Shown piece after piece: positions 15,391 to 26,272 of a stretch of DNA of 64,000 bases (the first letter of the stretch is position 1; every line of letters starts with the position of its first letter). A model generated the notes under the pieces. The model made no database searches, was not told the DNA's origin, and saw nothing but the letters and a program-made list of their open reading frames with translations. The position numbers and the translations under genes are program-made. The DNA lies in assembly GCF_000181795.1 (NCBI RefSeq), contig NW_003526943.1, forward strand, positions 8,721,472-8,785,471. Reading direction: 5' to 3'. The DNA comes from Trichinella spiralis (lineage: Eukaryota).

Positions 15391-17212
15391 GTTTCTTTAA
15401 AAATTTAATGCGTGTTTGGTTTGCTTGTGTTGTTAATATTATTATCATATTGTTATGTCATGTTATTTTATTTTGTCTTAGGCTGTTCGTTTACTGAATG
15501 AAGAAAAAGAATCGGATGATCAGCTTAGACTTCAGTTTAAAGAGAAATGGACTCGAATGGCATCAGAAAAACTGACAGAACCACTTTTGCAAGAAATAAG
15601 AAAAATTGAAGAAGTTCTTGAGTCAGCAAAAAAAGCAGATGAAACTATAAGACAAAAGTTGCAAACCCATTCTGCTGGGATTGAAACTTTAAGCAAAGTG
15701 GAGGTGGGTATAATATATAATTATTTATGTATGCTATTTTGAAATGAAAATTCCCTGGAATAATCTGTTGATCAACGAGTTGAATAATGGTGGTGTTGTT
15801 TTCAGTCGGATTTGTGCAGCACAATACCAGGTTTGGTGGGTACATTGGCATTGCCGAACAGTCCGATCATTAAGAAGCTGAAAGAACTGTTGGCGATGAC
15901 TGATAAAATAAAAAGAGATCGTAAAGATTTGGAAGTCGAATTCAAAAATGCAACCTGTGATATGAGTATGTATATATATATATGCGTTTATGCTTTTGTT
16001 TCAAATTCTTCAGAATTGATTTTTGAAAAAAATAATTTTTTTAAATAGAACCTGTATTCATGCAAGCGTTGTCACGATCGGACTTTATTAATGAAGAGGA
16101 ACTGTCGAAAGATAAATTAGATGAATGCTTTGCCTCGCTTCGAAAAGCAGCCAGCGAAACTATTGAAATGCAAGAAAAAGTTTCACATCAAATTTTGGTT
16201 TGTTTTAAATTTTGAATCACTTGATCATCAAGCAGGCGTTGGAAAGCTGTCCCTTTCAGGATGCTGTCGATAAATTTGTCGAAGAAAAAGGATCACTGGC
16301 TAATAATGATCGAGAAAATGTGCTTCGCTCATTGACCAAGGCATACGATGCATATTTGGAATTGAATGCAAATGTATCCGAAGGAACCAAGGTGGTTTGA
16401 AAGAAAAGGGATTTCAAATTTTCAATTTTTCTTTTTTCACCTGTGCATTATTTTAGTTTTACAGTGACATGACGCCACTGGTGCTTCGTTTGCAGCAGAA
16501 AGTTTCCGATTTTTGCTTTGCCCGGAAAACAGAGAAGGACGATTTGATGCGAGATTTGCAAAAGAACATCATCAATGATGGTATGATCATTTTGTGCCTT
16601 TGGCGATCAGTTTACACGAATCATTATTGAATTTCAAATTTCAAATCTTTTTCTTTTACAGTAAAGGAAATGCCGGAAAAACCACCACGTCGTCCGCCGC
16701 GCCCTCCTCCACCGTCAGTTGCTACTGCACAAGCAGCAGACGAAGGTGAATTTTTGTTAAATATATTTAATGTGTAATATAATATAATTTTTTTGTGAAT
16801 CAACAGTGAAACTTGCAAACGCTCCAAATTTGCATTCAGCTCCGCTTAATCAACCTACTGCAGCACAATACATGCCTTATCCGTTTGGTATGCTGAAACG
16901 TTTCTCTTTCTTAATGTGTTTATGTTGTATAAATAGAACTAAAGTTCTTTTGTTTAAGCGCCAAATGTGTTAACGAATGTACCGTATTATCCGACTTATC
17001 CTGGTGGGGTCAGTCGTCAACAAACACCTTATCCTGTGACAATTTCATATCCTTATCCTTCTGGGCCAGTGGCTCCGCAGTATCAGCATGCTATGCAACC
17101 ACCAGCACCTGCTGCACCGAGTAAAATTTGCACATTTCTTCTTTATTTGAAATTAATATTCTTTGCTGATAATTTTTGTTTTTCAGATTATTCAGGGCAG
17201 CAGCACTGGTAA
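13144..17212 (+). CDS. alx-1: ALIX / PDCD6IP (Bro1 + V domain + Pro-rich tail), multi-exon
   Basis: [87 protein letters not shown] and YPTYPG. Confidence 0.95.
15359..15385. repeat. (TA)n microsatellite, intronic
   Basis: Direct reading within an ALIX intron. Confidence 0.95.
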
Positions 17213-17562
17213 AATGGGTAATGAATTGCTTGAAAATGAATGTGAAATTTGTATTGGTCATTTTTTGCGTTATTTCTTTCGTAAATTCAGATTTGCTAAT
17301 TTCTCACTGATATGAGTATATGCTTTTCTTATGTACTGTGATCTGCAGGTTATCAAATCCACTGATAATTTCGAAGCATATTTATATTGATGGTTTTTAG
17401 TCACTTTTTTTTAATATGTTTAGAGGATGAATCTTTTACAGATGTAAATAAAAATTCCTAAGTTTCTTATTTTGCTTTTTTCTACTGATTTTGTTAAACA
17501 AAAATAATATTCTGTAGCTGTAACGTTAAATTCAGGATGAAGGAGGTGTTGAAAATGGCAAA

Positions 17563-18194
17563 TGTTACGAAAGCGCCCTGGTAGTGCGCGGACGGGGTTC
17601 ATAGTGGCCTTTGACGGTATAAAAGAAGCTGGAGAGCGGCCGGGGTTCATTTGATGGTTTCCAGGAACGAATGAGAAAAGACGGCTAACGAGGGTTTGTT
17701 CTGAATTCATCCGCGAAAATTCGACCACATTGATGTGATTGGCTCTTCGCTGATAGGTTGCACGGCGATTAATCGGTAATTGGCTAATGGCTAATTAGCT
17801 AATCATTAATGGAAATGAATTCATTGTCTGGCCAGGGCAGTGAACCCCATAAAGTGTGCAATTACTGTTTAAGCTTAACAATGGAAATGAAGTTACGGCG
17901 GTAAAAGAAAGATCAATGTATGCTTCATGCCGGGATTGTCCCACTTTGTCCGCTACCGATCTCCTCTAACTCCGCCCCCTTATGGTGATTGGCTGTAAGG
18001 CTATTGATCAGTAATTTACTAAGCAGTTATGCTGTCTTATTAGTCACCCAGTTTGCATCACTAATTGGCTGAATAACTTATAGTACTTGATTAGCTACTT
18101 AGCATTGGTCATTGATGGGATGATTGTTTTCCATCAGTTTTCCCAAATATGAGGTGCTTCACCATTAAATTCCCTTATGTGGACGTGAATAACA
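17563..18194. mobile_element. Non-autonomous dispersed repeat (solo-LTR-like or TIR element), CCAAT-rich
   Basis: GC-elevated block bounded by TGTTA (17563) and TAACA (18194). It has internal repeats (cggggttcat x2, aatggaaatgaa x2) and five ATTGG motifs. Diverged partial copies occur at about 20345-20500 (inverted) and 27660-27880. Confidence 0.65.
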
Positions 18195-18479
18195 TTTCCT
18201 ATTTTTTGTAACAAAGTTCTTTTATATGAAGTGTGGAATATTGTATATATTTTTGGATTTAGCAAATGATGCTGTAAAAAGCATTGTCTTTTTACATTTT
18301 ACTGATTATAGAATACTATTTTAATCTGCTACAGTAAGCCACTGTTTGAATCTTTGTTCACAACCAATATTTATCATTATGATTTGTGCGCTTGAGAGTG
18401 TAGCACTTCCCTTTGTGTATTAGCTTATGTTGATTGTTTGAGATACATACTGAATTTCATCATTATTTATTCCCACCAT

Positions 18480-19170
18480 TGGAAAATATATATCAAAACT
18501 AAGATACAGAAAATAGCACAAGCTAATGATGACCACTGAGAAGTAAATAGAAGAAAGATAGAACTGACGGTCTTGTTCTTTACAAATTGGATATCTTAAT
18601 TATCCAGTTGCATCATTCTGCGAAAATCATAGAAGCAACAAATGAACTGTTTAAGGAAGAGATAACTGAACAAAGAGATGTTAAATAAGCATGTTTATCT
18701 GAGTCATTCATTGTTTCTTTATACGTTGGCAACAGTAAGCCGCGCTCACTATCATGACGTAAGAGAAATTTGTGCAGCGATTAATTATGAGCAAGGTCAA
18801 AATTCATCCCACAGGATTTTGTGAAATTTCACTAGATCAACAGAAATATGCATTAAATTTCCCCTAAGCTAGACAAAAGCATTTTCAGTTCAATCTGTGC
18901 AGCAGCTACGCTACATCTGAAAAAATTTTCACAGACCCTTGATATAGTCCGAGTGAACCAAATACTTTTTGACATATACCAGAGAAATGAACAAGTACAA
19001 AACATACAGTTGTATTGGTGTGTGGAATTTTTACAATGCTACAGACAGACGCTTTTTCAAATGGATTCATTCTGTGACCAAGACAGTGAATCCCATGATA
19101 CTGTTCACTCTCAACAATGGTGATGAAAATTAGGGCTGCAAATGAAAGATAAATATATGCTTTATGCCTG
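18480..19170 (-). pseudogene. Frameshifted relic of the Cys-box/FN3 surface-protein family
   Basis: Collinear pieces match the intact gene: signal-like AYIYLSFAALIFITIVES; HGIHCLGHRMNPF vs HVLSCRALCVDAF; QYNCMFC vs QSDCLSC; VCENFFRC vs ICEDSRIC; GKFNA vs GKFDA; VHLLLL*FSQNDAT vs VDFLLLAYTRDGAI; hydrophobic LACAIFCILVL. Multiple frameshifts and stops. Confidence 0.65.
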
Positions 19171-20344
19171 CCGACGATGATAATTAGCAATGGTCATATT
19201 TTGGCAGAACGTATGCAGTGCTAGAGGAAGATAACGCTCACACCCATGATGGAGTGAACTTGAGATGAAAAATAATTTTCTTTGCTTTTAGTTTTGTTTG
19301 GTAAAATGTTTTCAAAATCCAACAGATCATCAAAAATTTCTATTTTAAACAGAATTCCAGATTTTACTTTTTTATTTAAATGAAACATAAGAAGAAAAAC
19401 AACAACTCATGTAAATAGGAGCGAAAGAAAGATTGGAAAGATTAAATTCTTAGCACAAGCCAGAAATATTTTCAGAGAACAGGCAGGCAAAATCAGAAAA
19501 GTATTTCGATGCTAACATTCAGCAACCACCACTCCCAGTTTCAGCTGAAAACCACAGCTGTGGACAATTTATCAATTTTACGTTTTCCCTTTGTACTTGA
19601 ATACCCTTCAACTAGCCTTTATCAGAACAATATCTGACAAACAGAAAAGAACCTTAGGCATAAATTGTATTTAATTGTTAGCTATGAAGGTAATTTATGT
19701 GACGCGTTAAAGCAACTGTTGACTGACATTTCTTTAGAACAGTATTTTTGCACACGCATGGATAAATAAAAGTGAAGCATTTCGAAAGCAGAAAGAAAGT
19801 GATGAACAGCACCAAGCAGAAAAGTTAAAGCTGCTTCAAATTCTTCGATTTCCATGTCAGCATTTGTGCGCCATTTGTGTGTGATTAATAATCTGTCAAC
19901 ATCAACAAAAGGCGTTGGCGCCACAAAGAATATCATAGGTTGATATTGAAGTGCTGAAAAAATGACAAATGAAAACTAAATGTTGCTGAAGAATGGTATT
20001 TAAAATTGAATTCAAAATAAGAGATATATTCGAGATATAATCTATCTAACCGAACTCTTTACTGTACCTTAGTCGCTGGCTCACCGTCTTTCTTGCTCCA
20101 ACTGAATAAAATTGAATTCTACTTACTAAACTGGTTTTGAATTATCTACAAATAACTCATACAGTCCACTCTTTAGTCATTCTTAAGTTCCATTCTAAAC
20201 GATATTCAAACAGCTTTGTTTAGCGTCAATTTCTTTGCGCTCTTTTCCTCATCATTGTTTTGAAATTTTTTAGATGACAGAGGCAATAATGATGCAGTTC
20301 AGTTATAAAACAAAAGAATTGTCATAAAAATTGGAAAATTGATT

Positions 20345-20500
20345 ATTTATGTCCATATGAGAAAATGTAATGGTGACGCGCCCCATATTTGGGAAAACTT
20401 TCATGGAAAAAAATTATCCAATTAATGATCAGAACTGAGCGGCTAATCAAATGCCATACGTTACTCGACCAATAAATAAGTGATGACCGAAGAAAATTCG
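20345..20500 (-). repeat. Inverted, diverged partial copy of the 17563-18194 element
   Basis: The reverse complement gttttcccaaatatggggcgcgtcaccattacattttctcatatggacataaat aligns to 18137-18190 gttttcccaaatatgaggtgcttcaccattaaattcccttatgtggacgtgaat. Confidence 0.8.
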
Positions 20501-20510
20501 TTGAAACAGT

Positions 20511-22525
20511 TAGAAACAACAGGTACTTTATTTTATACATACTGTAATGTTTAATTTTCATTCGTAAGTGTGAATAATATAAAAATTCCATATACAATTT
20601 CAATGTATGTTAACTCCTAAATTGTTCATTATGCATAATTTTACTCGAATGAAGCAAAATTTAATTTAATAAAATTTCACCTTTCAAAACTGGAAATAAT
20701 ACGCAGGAGTAACAGTGAAAAAAGAAAAGAATGGTAGTTTTGCTTTTATTTGTAGAGTTGTTGGTGACATTATGCAAAATTGTGCATGTGCATCAGATAC
20801 ATCAGAACTGAAATAACATATATAAAAATGAATAGCACTACTTTGCACTATAGAACTAAGACAACAATTCAGACATTCAAAAAGAAACAGAATGCGGGCC
20901 TCAGGTTGCTTAGATGTTATGTAAACTTAAACTTCCAGAGTGAGCGCTGATGACGATTCAGGCTTTGATTTTGCACGAAAAAGAGTTTACTATACATATG
21001 CTGATAAGTACTGTTAATTTCATTTATCATTCAGAAATATAGAGAAAGAAGAAATTCGCTGATCTGAAAATGTGATTAAAACGTGATGCAATAAATATTC
21101 ACTGTGTGATGATATTCGAAAAGTGATAAAAGAGTCCATGATGAGTATTTTAAAAAGTGTATAATTCAAATATGGAAAATGACAAACAAACTATCATCAG
21201 GAGTGAAGCGCAACAAAAAATTATATCATTATCATTAGAAGTTTTCATTATCTTACATCGAATGCAAGATCATATCTCATTACAGTTATTTTTATGGAAG
21301 AATAAAAAGAACAGCTATATTTAGACTTAATAGAAATAAATCAAAAAGCAGAGTAAAACACTTTTTTAACAAGAATGTAATTATCCAAACTGCATGAATT
21401 ACTCAACAAATAAATAAGCTAAAAGAATAGTTGAATTTTTACTAAAATTTGACACATTCTATTTTCAAACTACATGCATAACATACATATAAAAACATAA
21501 TTTGGAAACTTGAAATGTATGTTTCTTTCTATATCATTCATGTTAAACAATCAAACAACTGCAAATAATTCTTTCGGTCTACCAGAAATAGTGCTTTCTT
21601 TCAATGAAACGGCATTGCCTTCATTAGATATCTGTGGGTGGCGTTTGAAATTAATTTTTCTTCTTCTGTATGATATCAGAAAAAGAATAATTGATTTCTC
21701 TTTCCATAACAAGATTAAAGTAGCCATCAAGTGTGCAAAGGCTGCTTCACACAATGCTACAGTGAAAGGATCAAAAAACGTCATTTCTTGTTGAATAATG
21801 CAATAATATGATGCCGTTGTATCTTCATTCTTCAACGCAAGTATTTTTCGAAAATTTCCTTTCGTGAAGCGCGAAACAGCAATTGCACCATCTCTTGTAT
21901 AAGCAAGAAGCAAAAAATCAACATAAGATGATAAACCGTCGGAATTATTTATAGTAACTGAATTATTAATTGTGTGCTGCAACGGAACCCAAATCCTCTG
22001 ATGAGCCTTTTTCCAAAACAATGCATAAACAATGTTTATTACAGGAGAAGGAGTTGGAAGATGTGGAACTGGTGACTGCCACTGAATTTCAAGTTTATTC
22101 ATCTCCTTTAAATTGCAAAGTTTCAGTGGGGCATCAAACTTTCCACTTATTTCTTGATTTCCATTTGCTCGCAAGTCATGATGATAAAAATAGCAAGCCA
22201 TTCGACAACCTAATAATAACAAGTCTTTAAATTAATACATTAATTCAGCTGAAAACTTACCGGTTAAACATATTCTTGAATCTTCACATATTGAATCCAT
22301 TATTAGATATTTCTTATAAAATGTTTCACAGTATTTCCAGCAACTCAGGCAATCACTTTGATAGAAACATGATGAATCATTTAAATGATCGCTTTTGAGA
22401 GCAAAAGCGTCAACACAAAGTGCACGGCAGGAAAGTACATGATCAGCCAACATCAACTGACTTGTTAATAATCCTTTAAATGCCGTAGCTGACACAAAAC
22501 TCAATAAAAATATGAAGCACAGCAT
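20511..22525. repeat. Segmental duplication copy 1 (about 2.0 kb, near-identical to 24261-26272)
   Basis: Direct repeat at an offset of 3747 bp with only scattered substitutions; mirrored ORF pairs in the ORF track. Confidence 0.97.
21551..22525 (-). CDS. Signal peptide + 10-Cys box (anosmin/fend-like spacing) + FN3-like + putative TM protein, copy 1 (about 307 aa)
   Basis: Exons 22261-22525 and 21551-22209 are joined in frame by a 51-bp GT-AG intron. Signal peptide MLCFIFLLSFVSATA; Cys pattern C3C..C5C2C3C..C5C3C3C; FN3-like strands LEIQW, VYALFW and YVDFLLLAYTRDG; hydrophobic stretch followed by RRRK. An alternative ATG lies at 22531. Confidence 0.75.
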
Positions 22526-22799
22526 GGCCATGAAACTTGGATTAGTAGACTATCACTGCAACCAAACAGTAACGTATTATTGTGGTATACTCTATACAAA
22601 ATACAGTATACTATCAAACCTGAATTTTATGAAATAATTATGTAATCATAATTAAACAACTTATTATTCAATTTTAAATTAATTTTGTATTTTTAATTAA
22701 ATTTTAATTAATTTGCAATTTAAGTTTAATTTGTATATTTGTTTGTGAAATGCTTAAATTCTTCACATTAATACTTTTTTAACTTTTCCATAGTCAAAG

Positions 22800-23130
22800 T
22801 AGAAACCAAATCGCAATAAGTGAGCTCTTGCAGTCTGTTGTTTGTTGCATGAGTGAATTGGTGCGGCAGCAGAACGCTTAAACTTCAAATACAGCTTCTC
22901 AGTTATTTGCTTTGCTGATGCAGCTGGTTTTTCTTATAGCAAAGCCATGCTCTGAATTCATTATATCTTCCTGAACCATTTCCCACAACACAAAACAGTC
23001 AGATTGAAGGTTTACATCATACAGCAATTGTCCATCTGTCATGTGAGAATTATACAATATTTCACGAAAGCGCCTCTCTCAGAATATTTGAAATGCTCTC
23101 CAATGTTCAATATTTTATCCTATTCATCTG
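22800..23130 (-). pseudogene. Probable decayed relic of the Cys-box/FN3 family
   Basis: C-(frameshift)-LQSDCFVLWE vs CFYQSDCLSCWK, followed by AAPIHSCNK vs DAPLKLCNL, in the same order and strand but with shortened spacing. Confidence 0.45.
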
Positions 23131-23759
23131 AAAACATATGTAAAATTTAGATCTACACCACAATAATTTGATTTCCAGTATATGAAGAATCATTACGCAT
23201 TCTTCAAGTATCTTTGAGACATATTAACAACTTCTCAAATTAATATTTTACCTCTTTGCAAAAAACAATTTTCTTAAATATTAATTCATAATAAACACAT
23301 GGAGAATCAAATATCCATGACTATGAAGTTATTTTTCAACTCATTCTGACAATGAAAATAAGGCAATTGTTAGATTTTATGATGCATCAGATATTTTACA
23401 AAAAGGTATCTCATAAATAGACGCGATTAAATTTTTCATGAGAAAAATCGATGACATCCTTTAATTAAGACGCAATGAAATAACATTTTTAACAGATGCT
23501 ATTATCTTTTCATAAATAATCAGTTTGCTGATTTTCAAATAAATTAGACAGTATCTTAGTTCAGTGGAAAATGCAATTCCTTCATTGAACTATAAAAAAA
23601 GAAAAGTGTCCACAATTCAATAAGTGTTGACCCGCAAGCAGTATAAACCACAGCACACAAAAAATCAGAATTTTTTATTCACATAATAAACATGCCAATT
23701 TCTGCCAACTCTTATTCCCTTCCTATCTGTCATCTGCTTCAACAATATCCTCTTTCTTT

Positions 23760-24230
23760 ACTTAGCAATTCACGTAGGCTCTTTATTTTACTTGAATTAG
23801 TATAGCCAACGAGTAGAGATTTGTGCTCTTCTGTATCAAGATATTGAATTATGGTATATCATTTTATCACTAGTGTTCTACATATAATTTGTCTTACTTA
23901 ATTTATTAGAATTTTCATCGACTTCCTGCCAGCAACAGCCTAATACTGTGTAGAAACCTCTACTTAGATTGTTCAGTGCCTATTGACAGGCTAATTTGGA
24001 TGCCCACATGATGCCTCACTTGTCTACCAAATGACTCGAGAGTCGCTGTAAAACCAGTCCCATGTTGCACGCTGCAGTTATTTACCAGCATTTTGAATAA
24101 AAGCAACTCATGCTGTATCACTGGATAATCTCTGCATAGGATGCCTGAATTACCAAGTAAAGTGTACTTTCATCTGTAGATTTTTCATTTCCTTTGCACC
24201 TGCTATAACCAAAGACATATCAACAATAAA
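23760..24230 (-). pseudogene. Possible highly decayed relic of the Cys-box/FN3 family
   Basis: SCFYSKCW* vs SCFYQSDCLSCWK; VLGCCWQE vs VYALFWKK; SLLVGYTNSS vs FLLLAYTRDG. Collinear but weak. Confidence 0.35.
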
Positions 24231-24260
24231 CGTTCGATCGTAGAAAATCATAGAAACTTT

Positions 24261-26272
24261 TAGAAACAAGTACTTTATTTTATACATACTGTAATGTTTA
24301 ATTTTCATTCGTAAGTGTGAATAATATAAAAATTCCATATACAATTTCAATGTATGTTAACTCCTAAATTGTTCATTATGCATAATTTTACTTGAATGAA
24401 GCAAAATTTAATTTAATAAAATTTCACCTTTCAAAACTGGAAATAATACGCAGGAGTAACAGTGAAAAAAGAAAAGAATGGTAGTTTTGCTTTTATTTGT
24501 AGAGTTGTTGGTGACATTATGCAAAATTGTGCATGTGCATCAGATACATCAGAACTGAAATAACATATATAAAAATGAATAGCACTACTTTGCACTATAG
24601 AACTAAGACAACAATTCAGACATTCAAAAAGAAACTGAATACGGGCCTCAGGTTGTTTAGATGTTATGTAAACTTAAACTTCTAGAGTGAGCGCTGATGA
24701 CGATTCAGGCTTTGATTTAGCACGAAAAAGAGTTTACTATACATATGCTGATAAGTACTGTTAATTTCATTTATCATTCAGAAATATAGAGAAAGAAGAA
24801 ATTCGCTGATCTGAAAATGTGATTAAAACGTGATGCAATAAATATTCACTGTGTGATGATATTCGAAAAGTGATAAAAGAGTCCATAATGAGTATTTTAA
24901 AAAGTGTATAATTCAAATATGGAAAATGACAAACAAACTATCATCAGGAGTGAAGCGCAACAAAAAATTATATCATTATCATTAGAAGTCTTCATTATCT
25001 TACATCGAATGCAAGATCATATCTCATTACAGTTATTTTTATGGAAAAATAAAAAGAACAGCTATATTTAGACTTAATAGAAATAAATCAAAAAGCAGAG
25101 TAAAACACTTTTTTAACAAGAAAGTAATTATCCAAACTGCATGAATTACTCAACAAATAAATAAGCTAAAAGAATAGTTGAATTTTTACTAAAATTTGAC
25201 ACATTCTATTTTCAAACTACATGCATAACATACATATAAAAACATAATTTGGAAACTTGAAATGTATGTTTCTTTCTATATCATTCATGTTAAACAATCA
25301 AACAACTGCAAATAATTCTTTCGGTCTACCAGAAATAGTGCTTTCTTTCAATGAAACGGCCTTGCCTTCATTAGGTATCTGTGGGTGGCGTTTGAAATTA
25401 ATTTTTCTTCTTCTGTATGATATCAGAAAAAGAATAATTGATTTCTCTTTCCATAACAAGATTAAAGTAGCCATCAAGTGTGCAAAGGCAGCTTCACACA
25501 ATGTTACAGTGAAAGGATCAAAAAACGTCATTTCTTGTTGAATAATGCAATAATATGATGCCGTTGTATCTTCATTCTTCAACGCTAGTATTTTTCGAAA
25601 ATTTCCTTTCGTGAAGCGCGAAACAGCAATTGCACCATCTCTTGTATAAGCAAGAAGCAAAAAATCAACATAAGATGATAAACCGTCGGAATTATTTATA
25701 GTAACTGAATTATTAATTGTGTGCTGCAACGGAACCCAAATCCTCTGATGAGCCTTTTTCCAAAACAATGCATAAACAATGTTTATTACAGGAGAAGGAG
25801 TTGGAAGATGTGGAACTGGTGACTGCCACTGAATTTCAAGTTTATTCATCTCCTTTAAATTGCAAAGTTTCAGTGGGGCATCAAACTTTCCACTTATTTC
25901 TTGATTTCCATTTGCTCGCAAGTCATGATGATAAAAATAGCAAGCCATTCGACAACCTAATAATAACAAGTCTTTAAATTAATACATTAATTCAGCTGAA
26001 AACTTACCGGTTAAACATATTCTTGAATCTTCACATATTGAATCCATTATTAGATATTTCTTATAAAATGTTTCACAGTATTTCCAGCAACTCAGGCAAT
26101 CACTTTGATAGAAACATGATGAATCATTTAAATGATCGCTTTTGAGAGCAAAAGCGTCAACACAAAGTGCACGGCAGGAAAGTACATGATCAGCCAACAT
26201 CAACTGACTTGTTGATAATCCTTTAAATGCCGTAGCTGACACAAAACTCAATAAAAATATGAAACACAGCAT
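24261..26272. repeat. Segmental duplication copy 2
   Basis: Near-identical to 20511-22525. Confidence 0.97.
25298..26272 (-). CDS. Signal peptide + 10-Cys box + FN3-like + putative TM protein, copy 2
   Basis: Exons 26008-26272 and 25298-25956. Differs from copy 1 by four amino acids visible in the ORF track (L/S, A/T, S/P, N/K). Confidence 0.75.

Noticed and set aside
17420..17728. 102-aa ORF as a real gene
   Set aside because: It lies mostly within the dispersed repeat and shows no domain signal.
19380..19936. 84-aa ORF or a further family relic as a listed feature
   Set aside because: Only faint motif echoes (NSCF, SVCQ); mentioned in the array finding but not supportable alone.
20730..20935. 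Plus-strand signal-peptide-like and Cys fragments inside the duplicated unit
   Set aside because: Matches to the family are too short and not convincingly collinear.
20511..26272. Twin 2-kb repeats as LTRs of a retrotransposon
   Set aside because: They contain a spliced host-type gene, lack TG..CA ends, and the spacer has no gag/pol motifs.
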